A stretch of DNA of 64,000 nt. Origin: Eledone cirrhosa. Lineage: Eukaryota. The DNA lies in contig CAXHJY010000165.1 of assembly GCA_964016885.1 (NCBI GenBank), forward strand, positions 9,614 to 73,613, given 5' to 3'. The position numbers and the translations under genes are program-made. Positions 38,046 to 51,693 of the stretch are shown piece after piece; positions within the stretch are counted from its first letter, which is position 1; each line of letters starts with the position of its first letter. Under the pieces are notes generated by a model. That model ran no database searches and was not told where the DNA came from. It was given only the letters and a program-made list of their open reading frames with translations.

Positions 38046-40017
38046 GTGAGCAGCTCACTACATGGTGTAGACTATAGATAGTGTGATAGGCCATATGGTA
38101 AAGTAGCACTGTTATAAGAATAAATGTTAAACATACAAGGAATGGAGTTGTTGACAACGGCTGGTGTGTTATGGAATTGCTCAACAGTTTGATGGTGGTA
38201 TTGTTGATGTAGAGTCATGTTGTAAAGTTGTTGAAGCAGTCAACAGAACTACATAGATATCTTTAGAGGTAATTGTCAATTTATCTGTGTCTCATACAAG
38301 ATTTATACGGCAACAAATTTGAAAGCACTACAGAGACAAATAAAATGTTATCCAGAAAGTTACTAACCTCCATGATATATTCATATATGGCATAGCTGAT
38401 AAGACAGATGACACTAATATGTATTTTTTTTTATTTATATTTCTTTTCTTTTTCTTTGTTTTCTTTTTATTTCTTTTCTTTTTCTTTGTTTTCTTTTTGT
38501 TGTTGTTGTTTTTATAAATATTGGAATAGCCAATCAGTGTTGTTTTTATTGTTTGCCAGAAACATAATAAAATATGTTACTGGTAATGATTCAACTGTCA
38601 GGGGGTAGAATAAAAAAGAACAAGATAAAAATAAAGAGGGAGAGAGAGAGAGAGAGAGATATGGACAATTTAGTTTTGTTTAGGAAGGACAGTAATTTTG
38701 TCAAAATGTAGCATATTTCAAAACCGAAACAAAGGTTTATTTTAACAACTGAATATCATTTTACATTTCTGTTTAGTTTCAAGTTTATCTCTACAGACAG
38801 AAGCGTAACAGAAATGTTTAAACATTCTGGACAACTAAACAGCTAAACAGTTGTAATATGCCTGCATCAGATAAATTTTATATCCTCAACATGGAATGAA
38901 AGTTGTGTGTTTAATTTAGCAGTTTAAGAATATTAATGTTCGCTATATTTTGCTAGTGGTTTATGTCCACAGGGGAATGGTCATCTTATATTAAATAGTA
39001 GAAGCAGAAGTGAATTTATCTGAATATTTCTATTTGAGTGGCTCTCTTAAGAGCAAAGAGCGTAAACAATTACCATCAATTTAAAAATCTTCATTGCCAA
39101 AAGAGCTTCACAATGTTCATGTTGTAAAAATAACAGCAACGTCATGCAGAGAGATAAGTGGACAGGTTTTTAGAATTTATTTAGCAAATAAGTATTTACT
39201 CACAGATTATACAACCATTCTTGATATTGGCTATTGTCTCCCATTTGTAAGAGTGAGAATCCAAAGCTGCGACCTTTACACAGAGCTGGAATTTTGAAAG
39301 TCACCTATAAAACAAATAGATGTTCTTCCATTCCTTTGTTGTGGTTAATACAGTTATCGTGCGCTTTGTCATTGCCACAAAATTGACAAAGAATGATAAA
39401 GACACAGAGAACACCAGAGACAAAAGTTGGTCTCTCTCTCCCTCTCTTTCTTTCCCTCCTCTTCTTTCTCACCCTCACTCTTTATCACTCTCTCTCTCTT
39501 TCTGCATGATTTCCAACGATGTAGGTTTAACTCTTTTGTCAGAAAATGGGCGAGATGCCAATAATGGATGAAACTCAATTAATAAAATCTGACAAATGCT
39601 GTGATTATTGTGAGTTCCCGTTCCGCATATTTCAATGTACAACTACTAATGCTGATGATTCTAATCTATGAATGTTATAAATATTATATATATTATACAA
39701 GCTAGACTATTGTCTCACAATTTCAATGAAAGCTTAAAAGGAATTATGCAGTTTTAATAAGCTATCAAGTATGTTATAAAATAATTGAAAAGAGGTCATT
39801 GTTAAGTGAATATAGAGGTCTAAGTTTGAGATCAATTTAGAGCTTTCAACTTTTGGCCTCTGATAAACAGGGCATTTGAAATGTGCTTCACATTAGAAGT
39901 TTTTCTTTAAATATATTCCTATCTGGGAGAGCCAGCTGGCTGAGAATCTAGACAGTTCTTTTAGAGACTTCATATTCTGGCTGAAAATAGTTTGCATTAT
40001 ATTCCATCTCTAAGATA

Positions 40018-40232
40018 GGTGGATTGGCAGTATCTGTAGAGCATCGGACAAAATGCTTCATGACAGAGTTACGGCCCTTTACGTTCTGAGTTCAAATTCC
40101 ACCAAGGTTAACTTTGCCTTTCATCCTTATTGGGGTCGATAAAATAAAGTACCAGTAACCCACTGGGGTTGGTTTAATCGACTTTCCGTTCCTCCAAAAT
40201 TGTCAGCCTTGCGCCTAAATCATTAACCATTA
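40018..40232 (+). mobile_element. SINE-K, long variant (further copies at 41193-41380(-) and 43340-43570(-))
   Basis: A and B boxes plus conserved body. Confidence 0.85.
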
Positions 40233-40687
40233 TATTCTGACTATCATTACTTTCTTTCTCTTTCTCTTTCACATATAAAATGTAGAATATAGGCTAAAAT
40301 GGAGAGAGACTGTTTATGGGGACTGCAAGTCTAAACCCTTCTTTAGCAAAGAAAATTACCTCAAAATGCTTCTTGTTGTCATTGTTGTTTTTATAAATAT
40401 TTAATACAGATGCAGGAATGGCTGTGAGGTTAAGAAGTTTGCTTTACAACCATGTAAACCATGTAAACAAGGTTTATATAGATATAAAATATATACATAT
40501 ATGTGTGTGTGTATTTGCATATGTATGTATGCATATACATGTGTATATATATATATATATGTATTGAAATTCAATATTTCTAAAAAAATACAGTATGTTT
40601 ATGGATAAACATTTGGAAAGCAATAGCTATACAAAACACCAGGGCTATTGCCCTCTGGTGGTGTCCAGCAGAAGCAAGGGGGATAAT

Positions 40688-40726
40688 CGTCAATGCATTT
40701 CGAACTTAACTGGTTCTCATCAGGAA
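40688..40726 (-). ncRNA. Hammerhead core with truncated stem I
   Basis: Minus strand: CTGATGA-gaac cagttaa gttc-GAAA-tgca-TT; stem I only 2 bp. Confidence 0.6.
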
Positions 40727-40945
40727 TTTCAATATATATATATGTATACAGCTATGCATGAAGCTAATTCCTAATTCTATCTATATATATATATATGTGC
40801 ATATATGCATGTTTATGTATGCATATATATATAAATATATATATGTGTGTGTATGTGTGTGTATATATATATATGTATGTACGTATATATATATATATAT
40901 ATATATCATATATATATATATGGGCATTCGTGTATATACATCTAT

Positions 40946-40988
<43 letters not shown>

Positions 40989-41552
40989 TACACGCCCCAC
41001 ATATATATAAACACGCACACACACACACGCAAACACATATATACACACACACACATACACACCCCACATATATATACACACACATATATACACACACATA
41101 CACTCCCCACATATATATATATATATAAACATGCACACACACAAACAAACACACATATATATATATATGTATATATATATATATGTATATATAATTGTTT
41201 CTACTTTAGGCACAAGGCAAGCAAATACCCAGTACATTACTGGTACTTTATTTTATCGACCCCGTAAGGATGAAAGGCAAAGTTAACCTCGGCGGGATTT
41301 GAACTCAGATCATAAAGGGACATAACTCTATGCTTCAAAGCATGGCGTCCGATTCTCTAGCGACACTGCCAATCCACCACCCTCTCTCTATATATATATA
41401 TAATGTTCAATGTTTGCTAGCAAGGAAAGCGGACGTGAAACAACAATGATGATAGTGTGTGTGTATATATATATGTGTCTGCATGCGTGTGTGTGTGTGT
41501 GTGTTTATATATATGTGGGGCGTGTATGTGTGTGTGTATATATATATATATT

Positions 41553-42091
41553 TCGTTTCTGAATTTGTTTAGCAAGATTCTTTATCTGAAAACGTGTGTT
41601 GAAACCGATATTGTTATACTTTGGGAGGGTCATGTTGCCAATAAGAAACACATGCACCAGTTGTTTCACTTCAATTTATTAATAATTAAATTTATAAATT
41701 TAGGAATTTATAAATTTCCGGTTGGTTGGTTGGTTCCACAACCAGACGATTGTTCATATATTGTCAAAGTTCTTTCGTCACACGTTCTGTAACCTCTTCA
41801 GTGACTGGGGATTCTTTTCTTGTTTTTGTGCCTCTCCTTTGTTCTGTCCTACGCCATCTTGTTTTTGTGTGTAAGATGGCGTAGGACAGAACAAAGGAGA
41901 GGCACAAAAACAAAGAAAAGAATCCCCAGTCACAGAAGAGGTCACAGAATGTGTGTCGAAAGAACTTTGACAATATATGAACAATCGTCTGGTTGTGGAA
42001 CCAACCAACCAACCCAAAATTTATAATAAATTGAAGTGAAAGCAACTGGTGCATGTGTTTCTTATTGGCAACATGACCCTCCCAAAGTATA
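41553..42091. mobile_element. Fold-back element Y (arms 41615-41860 and 41873-42091) with a hammerhead-like motif at 41763-41805(-)
   Basis: Unfolded copy at 46828-47140; motif gtca-CTGAAGA-g gtcac..gtgac-GAAA-gaac-TT-tgac is clearest at 47035-47077. Confidence 0.7.
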
Positions 42092-42119
42092 TATATATAT
42101 ATGGGCATTCATGTATATA

Positions 42120-42187
<68 letters not shown>

Positions 42188-42599
42188 CATATATGGGCAT
42201 TCATGTATATACATTTATTTATATATATATATATATATATGGGCATTCATGTATATACATTTATTTATATATATATATATATATATGGGCATTCATGTAT
42301 ATATTTCTATTTATTTATATATATATATATATACACACACACATATACATATATTCAGTCATGTTCTTTAAGTTCTAACAAGACAGACAACAATAGAAAC
42401 TTTCTCCTAGCAATCAAAATTGTCAGCAAGTTTTTTCCTGAGGAGGATGGTTCTAGAAGACATTGTTTACCAACAAGTACAATGTGTAGTCTAACTGAAA
42501 TTATTAAAATAATATTTCTTATATTTTCCAGCTTTTTATTCATATAATTATATATGAATTTATATTTGATTTTATCTCCCGTTATTGTGTGTGTGTGTA

Positions 42600-42642
<43 letters not shown>

Positions 42643-43579
42643 TTTTTCTATTTGTGTGTATTTGTGCCTGTGTGTCTGTGCGTGTGTGAATGTATGTGAG
42701 TGAGTGAGTGAGCCTATGTAAGTGTGTGTGTGTGTATGTGAGTGAATGTGTGTTTGTGTGTGTTTTGCATCTTTTTCTCTTAGTTACCAAAAACAACAAC
42801 AACAACAAAAATTATATATATACATATAAAATGAAATAGTGGAAAATGTTCAGTTTTTGTCCTAATTGAATTCCAAAACTGTGCAAATGTCACAAACATT
42901 GAAAAAGAATTCATTTAAATAACAAATATTAATAATTTTAAGAAATGAAAAAATAAATATAAATAAATAAAAGGAGAAAAGCAAAGAAGATATTGTAAAA
43001 TGATTGAGGCACGTAAAATTTAATAATCAAATATTTCTATAAAATTTATTAGATTTTGATCGAGGCCCAAGGCCAGCAATTTGAAGTTGATTAAATCAAC
43101 CCCACAACTAGAACTCGATTTGTTGACTTTATTTTATCAACCTTGTTAGGAGGAAGTGTGAAGTTAGCCTCTACAGGATTAGAACACTGAATCTAAAGAA
43201 CCAGAATAAATATCACACATGATATGATATTTTATCCCCTGTTCTGATGGTTCTTTACACATTTATACACCAATGTTCTACCTACACACATTTATTTATT
43301 TAATTAATCAATTTAACCCAGTAATTTGCCACTTATAATAATTGTTTCTACTTTTGGCACAAGGCCAGCAATTACCCCAGTACATTACTGGTACTTTATT
43401 TTATCAACCCCGTAAAGATGAAAGGCAACGTTAACCTCGCTGGGATTTGAACTCAGACCTTAAAGGGATGTAACTATGCTAGAAAGCATGGCGTCCAACC
43501 CTGCCACTTATAATAATTGTTTCTACTTTTGGCACAAGGCCAGCAATTATCCAGTGTATTACTGGTACTTATAATAATG

Positions 43580-44181
43580 TTATGGTATTGTTCACAAAAT
43601 AAATAATATCAGAATATCATAGATTCGATATTATATGAGATAATTATGTGAGATAAAGCCTTTACTGTGGAAATATAATAGTAAATATAGAATAATGTAA
43701 ATGCTAAAGGATTAACCCTTTAACATTTACATTACTCTATATTTACTATTATATTTTCATGGTAAAGGCTTTACCTTACATAATTATCTTACATAATATC
43801 GAATCTATGATATTTTGATATTATTTATTTTGAGAACAATACCTTAATATCAGTATGAGTGGCTGGTTACAGCTGGTTTGAACAGAAAGAGTTCAGAGAA
43901 ATCTGGCTGGATATGGCCGATTTAAATGCTAATGGATTAAACAAAATCAAGATGTTGGATTTAACACTTTAGTGTTAAAACCGGTCATATCCGGCCAGAA
44001 TTCTCTCACCTCTTTCTCTTCAAACTGGCCATAACTGGCTGCTTGTACTTATGTTAAAGTATTGTTCTAAAAGTAAATAATATCAAAAATCTCATCGATT
44101 CAATATGTGAGATAATTATGAGATGAAGTGTTTAGTGTGAAAATACAATAGTAAATATAGAGTAATGTAAATGCTAAAGGG
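43580..44181. mobile_element. Three adjacent piggyBac-like MITEs in alternating orientation
   Basis: 43580-43711, 43716-43936 and 43965-44181; TTAA at 43712, 43937, 43961 and 44182. Confidence 0.85.
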
Positions 44182-44429
44182 TTAAACGTATGTATAGAGC
44201 TAGTAAGCCATGGCAGACCAAGGGAAGTATCGAGTACTCCTTACAGTTAGTTATAAAAAAAGCTAGTGAGACAAATAATAAAAATTCAAAAAATTCAAAA
44301 GGGAAAAGAGCAGAAAAATAACATAAAATAAAATTTCAAATTTCAAATATTTACAAATATTGAAAACCAATCGGTGGTAGAATGTGGGAGGCAGAGTGTG
44401 GCAGGTAGAGTGTGGCAGGTAGAGTGTGT

Positions 44430-44985
44430 ATGAGAAAAAGAAAAAGAAAGAGAAAAAGAAAAAGAAAGAAAGAAAGAAAGAAAGAAAGAAAATGAAAGAA
44501 AGAAAATGAAAGAAAGAAAATGAAAATGAAAGAAAGAAAATGAAAATGAAAGAAAGAAAAAATGAAAATGAAAATGAAAGAAAGAGAAAATGAAAGAAAA
44601 AATGAAAATGAAAATGAAAGAAAGAAAAAATGAAAATGAAAGAATGAATGAAAATGAAAATGAAAATGAAAGAGAATGAATGAAAATGAGAATGAAAATG
44701 AAAGAGAATGAATGAAAATGAGAATGAAAATGAAAGAGAATTAATGAAAATGAGAATGAAAATGAAAGAGAATGAATGAAAATGAGAATGAAAATGAAAG
44801 AGAATGAATGAAAATGAGAATGAAAATGAAAGAGAATGAATGAAAATGAGAATGAAAATGAGAATGAAAATGAAAATGAAAATAGGAATGAGAATGAAAA
44901 TGAGAATGAAAATGAGAATGAGAATGAGAATGAGAATGAATGATAATGAATGAAAATGAGAATGAAAATGATAATGAAAAATAGG
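44430..44985. repeat. Purine-rich (GAAAAT/GAGAAT/GAAA)n tract
   Basis: Direct reading. Confidence 0.9.
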
Positions 44986-45184
44986 AAAGAAGTGAAGCTG
45001 TAAATCAACTAGAAGTTTCTTAGGCATATGTCTAGAAAGGTTGAGAGGTAAAAGACTGGCATAAATTGAGCTTTGTACGACACTGGATCTTCATTAGGAT
45101 AACTTTTTTAAGGATAAACAGCAATGGTGACATCGGTCATATTTGAACGAAGAGTACAGAAAACTGGAAGGAAAGCCAATGCAT

Positions 45185-45273
45185 TTATATATGTATATAT
45201 ATGTGTGTATGTGTATATATATATGTGTGTGTATATATATGTGTATGTATATATATGTGTATGTATATATATG

Positions 45274-45304
<31 letters not shown>

Positions 45305-45361
45305 GTATGTATATATATATATATGTATGTATATATATATATATGTATGTATATATATATG

Positions 45362-45392
<31 letters not shown>

Positions 45393-45429
45393 GTATGTAT
45401 ATATATATATATGTATGTATATATATATG

Positions 45430-45476
<47 letters not shown>

Positions 45477-45561
45477 GTATGTATATATATATATATGTAT
45501 GTATATATATATATATGTATGTATATATATATATATGTATGTATATATATATATATGTATG

Positions 45562-45620
<59 letters not shown>

Positions 45621-45625
45621 GTATG

Positions 45626-45674
<49 letters not shown>

Positions 45675-46121
45675 ATATATATATATATGTATGTATATAT
45701 ATATATGTATGTATGTATATATTTATATGTATGTATATATATATATATTTATATCTATGTATATATTTATATGTATGTATATATATATATATATGTATAT
45801 GTATGTATATGTATATATGTATATATATATATATATGTATGTATATATATGTATATGTATATGTATATATATATGTATATATATATATATATGTATATGT
45901 ATATATATATGTATATATATATATATATATATATGTATATGTATATGTATATATATATGTATATATATGTATGTATATATGTATATGTATATGTATATAT
46001 ATATGTATATATATATATATATATATGTATGTATATGTATGTATATATATATATATATATATGTATGTATATGTATGTATATATATCTATATATATATAT
46101 GTATGTATATATATATATATT

Positions 46122-46160
<39 letters not shown>

Positions 46161-46168
46161 ATATATGT
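45185..46168. repeat. About 1 kb (TA)n/(TATG)n microsatellite
   Basis: Direct reading. Confidence 0.95.
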
Positions 46169-46515
46169 ATCATCATCATCATCATCATTTCATCATACGT
46201 CCACTTTTCCCTGCTTGCAAGGGTGGGACGGGAACTGATTCTGGCTTCATTTCTACAGCTGGATGCCCTTCCTAACACCAACCTCATTTACAGTGAGTGC
46301 TGGGTGCTTTTTTGCCGTGGCACCGCTATGACCACTTTGCAGTGGAATGATAGGGACCCCAGTCCCTATCATCTCATTTCTACAGCTGAGTAAACTGGAG
46401 CAATGTGAAATAAAGTGTCTTGCTCAAGGAAACAACACATCACCCGGTCTGAGAATTGAACTCACAACCTTTCGATTGCAAGGCCAATGCTCTAACCACT
46501 AAGCCATGTGCCTCC
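46169..46515 (-). mobile_element. SINE-R, full length
   Basis: Reverse complement of the consensus; microsatellite flanks. Confidence 0.9.
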
Positions 46516-46589
46516 ATGTATATGTATGTATATGTATGTATATGTATGTATATGTATATATATATATGTATATGTACGTATGGATTCAC

Positions 46590-46796
46590 CGAACATTTAT
46601 TATAATGCTCGGAAAATGTATAACCCCAACGGCAGAGCTCAAGTCGTTTCGACGGCTATTTCTAGAAATAGCCCTTGAAACGGCTTAGGCTCTGCCGTTG
46701 GGGTTATGCATTTTCCTATTTCCCACTCTACTACCCTAAGTATTGAGTACTCTGGTGCGTTATGGTCCATCTGGTTCCTTACCACACTTCCTTCAT

Positions 46797-46797
<1 letters not shown>
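46590..46797. mobile_element. Hairpin-terminated repeat family X
   Basis: Palindrome 46611-46716 plus a body shared with 14220-14310, 35535-35610 and 62005-62058. Confidence 0.65.
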
Positions 46798-46827
<30 letters not shown>

Positions 46828-47230
46828 CGTTTCTGAATTTGTTTAGCAAGATTCTTTACTGAAAACGTGTGTTGAAACCGATATTGTTATACTTTGGGAG
46901 GGTCATGTTGCCAATAAGAAACACACGCACCAGTTGCTTTCACTTCAATTTATTATAATAAATTTATAAATTTAAGAATTTATAAATTTCCGGTTGGTTG
47001 GTTGGTTCCACAACCAGATGGTTGTTTATATATTGTCAAAGTTCTTTCGTCACACATTCCGTGACCTCTTCAGTGACTAGGGATTCTTTTCTTTGATTTT
47101 GTGCCTCTCCTTTGTTCTGTCCTACGCCATCTTGTTTCTCATATATATATATATATATATATGTGTGTATGTTTATATGTACCATCATCATGTGTATATA
47201 TATATATATCATCATCGTTTAACGTTCATG

Positions 47231-47263
<33 letters not shown>

Positions 47264-47729
47264 GTATATATATAATTTCAAGAAACTTAAAATATACCTA
47301 CAGGAATTTTTGTCAATGGTTTTTGAAATAGCAAATAAATGCAATTTCCATCAGAATTTCTTTGAAATACTTTGAAAGGCTTCTTGAAAAACCAAAGTAA
47401 ACATGAAAAGGTTTTCCTCTGAATAAAAGGAAAGCAATGTTTCCTTATAACTTACTTTACTTTCAAATATGTTTTCGCTTATGTCAACATGGCATCAAGT
47501 ATAGTAGGCTTCACCATTTTCATAATTTGGCAATTTCCATTCCATTGAACGTTAGATGTCTTTCTCGTGTGTCACATTTTACATGGAATATATTCAAACT
47601 GTAGATTAGCCTCTCAGTGTAATTGAAATATAAGATGTATGAAACAAACAAAAATTAAATTTAAGTCATCATCATCATCATCATCATCACATCTGTTTTA
47701 TCTTTGTTTGATATATTTATATAAATATA

Positions 47730-47785
<56 letters not shown>

Positions 47786-47788
<3 letters not shown>

Positions 47789-48780
47789 TCTAGTCCGGTA
47801 GAAACCATTTCTATATTATATAAATAAATATATATATATATGTTCAGAAGAGATTGTTTTGGTAAAAAGAGGAGTAAGCAGGAGAAGGCTTTCAACAATC
47901 GTAGTTTTTAGTTATGATGGAGGTTTTATAAAAATAACAAAATAAGATGCTGAGGTTACATATATCGTTGAATCGTTATAATAATTATGATAATTATAAT
48001 GATTAAACGATATATGTAATCTCAGCATCTTATTTTGTTATTTGTATATATACACACATACTCTCACACACATACACGAGCAGTGTGGCAACATACTGTT
48101 ACGTCCGTCTCTGGGTCAAAAGCATAGCAGACACTTTTTCCTTTTTGTTTTTTCTGCTTGTTTTCTTGCTTGTTTACCACCATTCCATTGGTATACATCT
48201 ATTACGCAATTTACACCTGATGAGGTCACCGGGTTCTTATGCAACATGGCTACTGAAATGTGCGTAGTGTTTACAGTAATAAAAAATTAAGGAAATTCAA
48301 CATATTTGACCTGTCATTTCACTTCATAATATATATATATCATCATCATCATTTTACGTATATATGTAGTGTAATCATCCTCATGGAGGCACATGGCTGA
48401 GTGGTTAGAGCATTGGCCTTGCAATCGAAAGGTTGAGTTCAAATCTCAGACCGGGTGATGTGTTGTTTCCTTGAGCAAGACACTTTATTTCACATTGCTC
48501 CAGTTTACTCAGCTGTAGAAATGAGATGATAGGGACTGGGGTCCCTATCATTCCACTGTAGAGTGGTTGTGGAGGTGTCACGGCAAAAAAGCACCCAGCC
48601 CACACTGTAAAGTGGTCGTGTATGCACCACAGAAAAAAACCACCCAGCACTCACTGTAAATGAGGTTGGTGGTAGGAAGGGCATCGAGCTGTAGAAATCA
48701 AGCCAGAATCAGTTCCCGTCCCACCCTTGCAAGCAGGGAAAAGTGGATGTAAAATGATGATGATGATGATGATGATGATG
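47786..48780 (+). repeat. Duplicate of the 29318-30518 composite (element W plus SINE-R 48385-48780)
   Basis: Colinear, including the linker catcattttacgtatatatgtagtgtaatcatcctcat. Confidence 0.9.
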
Positions 48781-49424
48781 TAAACAAAGTTTCATACACT
48801 AAACATGTAGGTGCTACCAATGGTTTTGAGGCCCCCCACTATATAATAGTGGAGGCACATTTAATCTGGCCTTTCATTCAGGCACGTGAAGGTGAATTGG
48901 CATAGTTGTTAGAATGTTGAATAGAGCTCTCTACTCTTTGAGTTCAAATCCTGCTGAGGTCACATTTGCCTTTCAGCCTTTTGAGGTTGATAAAAAAATG
49001 GGCCAGTCTATATCTCTTTCTCACTTACTCTTTCTCCATATCTATCTTTCTCTAGAAGAAATCTGCTGTACTCAGCCTGGAGAGGGGATGGGCTTTGCCC
49101 AGCTGATCAAAACACCAGTATGCTGGTATATTCTTTTATTGTTTTATGTATGTTATATTGTTTTTCCTATTATTTTGTGTTCTTATGTACCATGAGAGAG
49201 TTGTAAAGGTGTGTTCTTAGCACTTTAAAACTTGTGGACCCAATCCTTCTCCAAATTTGAATGCAGCCTATTTCTCCCACAGAGAGGGAGAAAGCTATTG
49301 CAAAAGAATTGGTCCTAGTGTTTTACTAGTACTTTATTAATCGACCTTGAATGGTCAAAAGGCAAAGTTGACCTCAGACAAAGAATGATAACGTCACAGA
49401 GAACACCAGGGACAAAACTTGGTC

Positions 49425-50370
49425 CCTCCCTCTGTCTCTCTCTCATTCTCTACCTTGGTCTCTCTCTCTCATTCTCTACCTTGGTCTTTCTCTCATTCTC
49501 TCCCTTTGTCTCTCTCTCTCATTCTCTTCCTCTCATTCTCTCCCTTTGTCTCTCTCTCATTCTCTTCTCTCCTCCCTTTGTCTTTCTCTTCTCCCTCCCT
49601 CCCTTTCTTTTCCCTCTTTCCTCCCTCCCTCTCTTTTCCCTTCTCCCTCCCTCCTTCTTTTCCCTCTTTCCTCCCCCCTCCCTCCTTCTTTTCCCTCTTT
49701 CCTCCCTCCCTCTTTTCCCTCTCTCCTCCCTCCCTCCCTCTTTTCCCTCTCTCCTCCCTCCCTCTCTTTTCCCTCTCTCCTCCCTCCCTCTCTTTTCCCT
49801 CTCTCCTCCCTCCCTCTCTTTTCCCTCTCTCCCCCTCCCTCTCTTTTCCCTCTCTCCCCTCCATCCCTCTCTCCCCTCCATCCCTCTATCCCCTCCATCC
49901 CTCTCTCCCCTCCATCCCTCTATCTCCTCCATCCCTCTCTCCCCTCCATCCCTCTCTCTCCTCCATCCCTATCTCTCTTCTCCATCCCTCTCTTCTCCCT
50001 ATCTCTCTTCTCCATCCCTCTCTTCTCCCTATCTCTCTTCTCCATCACTCTCTTCTCCCTATCTCTCTTCTCCCTATCTCTCTTCTCCTTCCCTCTCTTC
50101 TCCCTATCTCTCTTCTCCTTCCTCTCTTCTCCCTATCTCTCTTCTCCTTCCCTCTCTTCTCCCTATCTCTCTTCTCCCTATCTCTCTTCTCCCTATCTCT
50201 CTTCTCCTTCTCTCTCTTCTCCCTATCTCTCTTCTCCCTATCTCTCTTCTCCCTATCTCTCTTCTCTATCCCTCTCTTCTCTCTGTCTCTCTTCTCTCTC
50301 CCTCTTTTCTCCCTATCTTTCCTCACTCCCCCCCCCTTCTCCCTATCTCCCCCCCCCCCCCTTCCCTTTT
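49425..50370. repeat. About 950-bp polypyrimidine (CT-rich) tract with 15-bp subunits distally
   Basis: ccctatctctcttct repeats. Confidence 0.95.
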
Positions 50371-50944
50371 CATGATTTCCAACCATGTAAGTTTAACTCT
50401 TTTGTCAGAAAATGGGTGTGAGCTAAAACACATACTTCAAACATTCTATCTGGAATTGTAATGACTTTTCCACCTTACCTACCCTCATTTTGTGATAATA
50501 TACATTATCATTGCTCTATTTCAGAGTATTTAGGTCTATATCTACTATCCAGGATCACTAATCATCTAATCCACTTTATCATTCTACTTCTAGTGAGTTT
50601 ACAATCTTATGGAAAGTACTGTGACTGCAATCTCGTGACAAATAAGTAATTCTATCTACACGGAAATAGAATTTTCTTCATGATTAAAATATTTCAGAGG
50701 CGCCATCTGCATGAAAAATAAAAAACAACAACAACAAAACATAACAAACAAACAATTATCCATTAATTGATTTCACTGCATACTTATTTCAAGATAGGTT
50801 TCTAATACCGTTTGTTTTAACCCTTTAGTTCCTTTATTTCTAATGTGGGTTTCATTCCTGGACCACTTGTTGGATTGAGTTCTTGAGAAATGATACTTCA
50901 TTTCACATTTCTTTTCAGGGTAGGATTGGAGCTACTATCATTAA

Positions 50945-51693
50945 CCCTTTAGTATTTAAACTGGCTATATCCGGCCAGAATTCTCTCACCTTTTTCTGTT
51001 CAAACCAGCTGCTCATACTGATGTTAAGGTATTGTTCTCAAAATAAATAATATCAAAATCTTATAAATTCGATATTATGTGAGGTAAAGCCGTACCGATC
51101 AGAATTCTCTCATCTCTTTCTGTTCAAACCAGCTGCTCATACTGATGTTAAGGTATTGTTCTCAAAATAAATAATATCAAAATAAATAATATCAAAATCT
51201 TATAAATTCGATATTATGTGAGGTAAAGCCGTACCGATCAGAATTCTCTCATCTCTTTCTGTTCAAACCAGCTGCTCATACTGATGTTAAGGTATTGTTC
51301 TCAAAATAAATAATATCAAAATAAATAATATCAAAATCTTATAAATTCGATATTATGTGAGGTAAAGCCGTACCGATCAGAATTCTCTCATCTCTTTCTG
51401 TTCAAACCAGCTGCTCATACTGATGTTAAGGTATTGTTCTCAAAATAAATAATATCAAAATAAATAATATCAAAATCTTATAAATTCGATATTATGTGAG
51501 GTAAAGCCGTACCGATCAGAATTCTCTCATCTCTTTCTGTTCAAACTGGTCACTCATACTGACGTCAAGGTATTGTTCTCAAAATAAATATCAACATCTC
51601 ATAGATTCGATATTATGTGAGATAATTATGTGAGGTAATGTATTTACCATGAAAATATAATAGTAAACATAGAGTAATGTAAGTGCTAAAGGG
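50945..51693. mobile_element. piggyBac-like MITE with an internal 139-bp tandem amplification
   Basis: TTAA|cccttta..taaaggg|TTAA; ccgtacc at 51090, 51229, 51368 and 51507. Confidence 0.9.

Noticed and set aside
38138-38250. Minus-strand exon candidate with tag| acceptor and |gtatgt donor
   Set aside because: Stop codons in all three frames and no partner exons
42436-42510. CTGAGGA...GAAA hammerhead candidate
   Set aside because: Only an internal acattgt/acaatgt stem; stems I and III unconvincing
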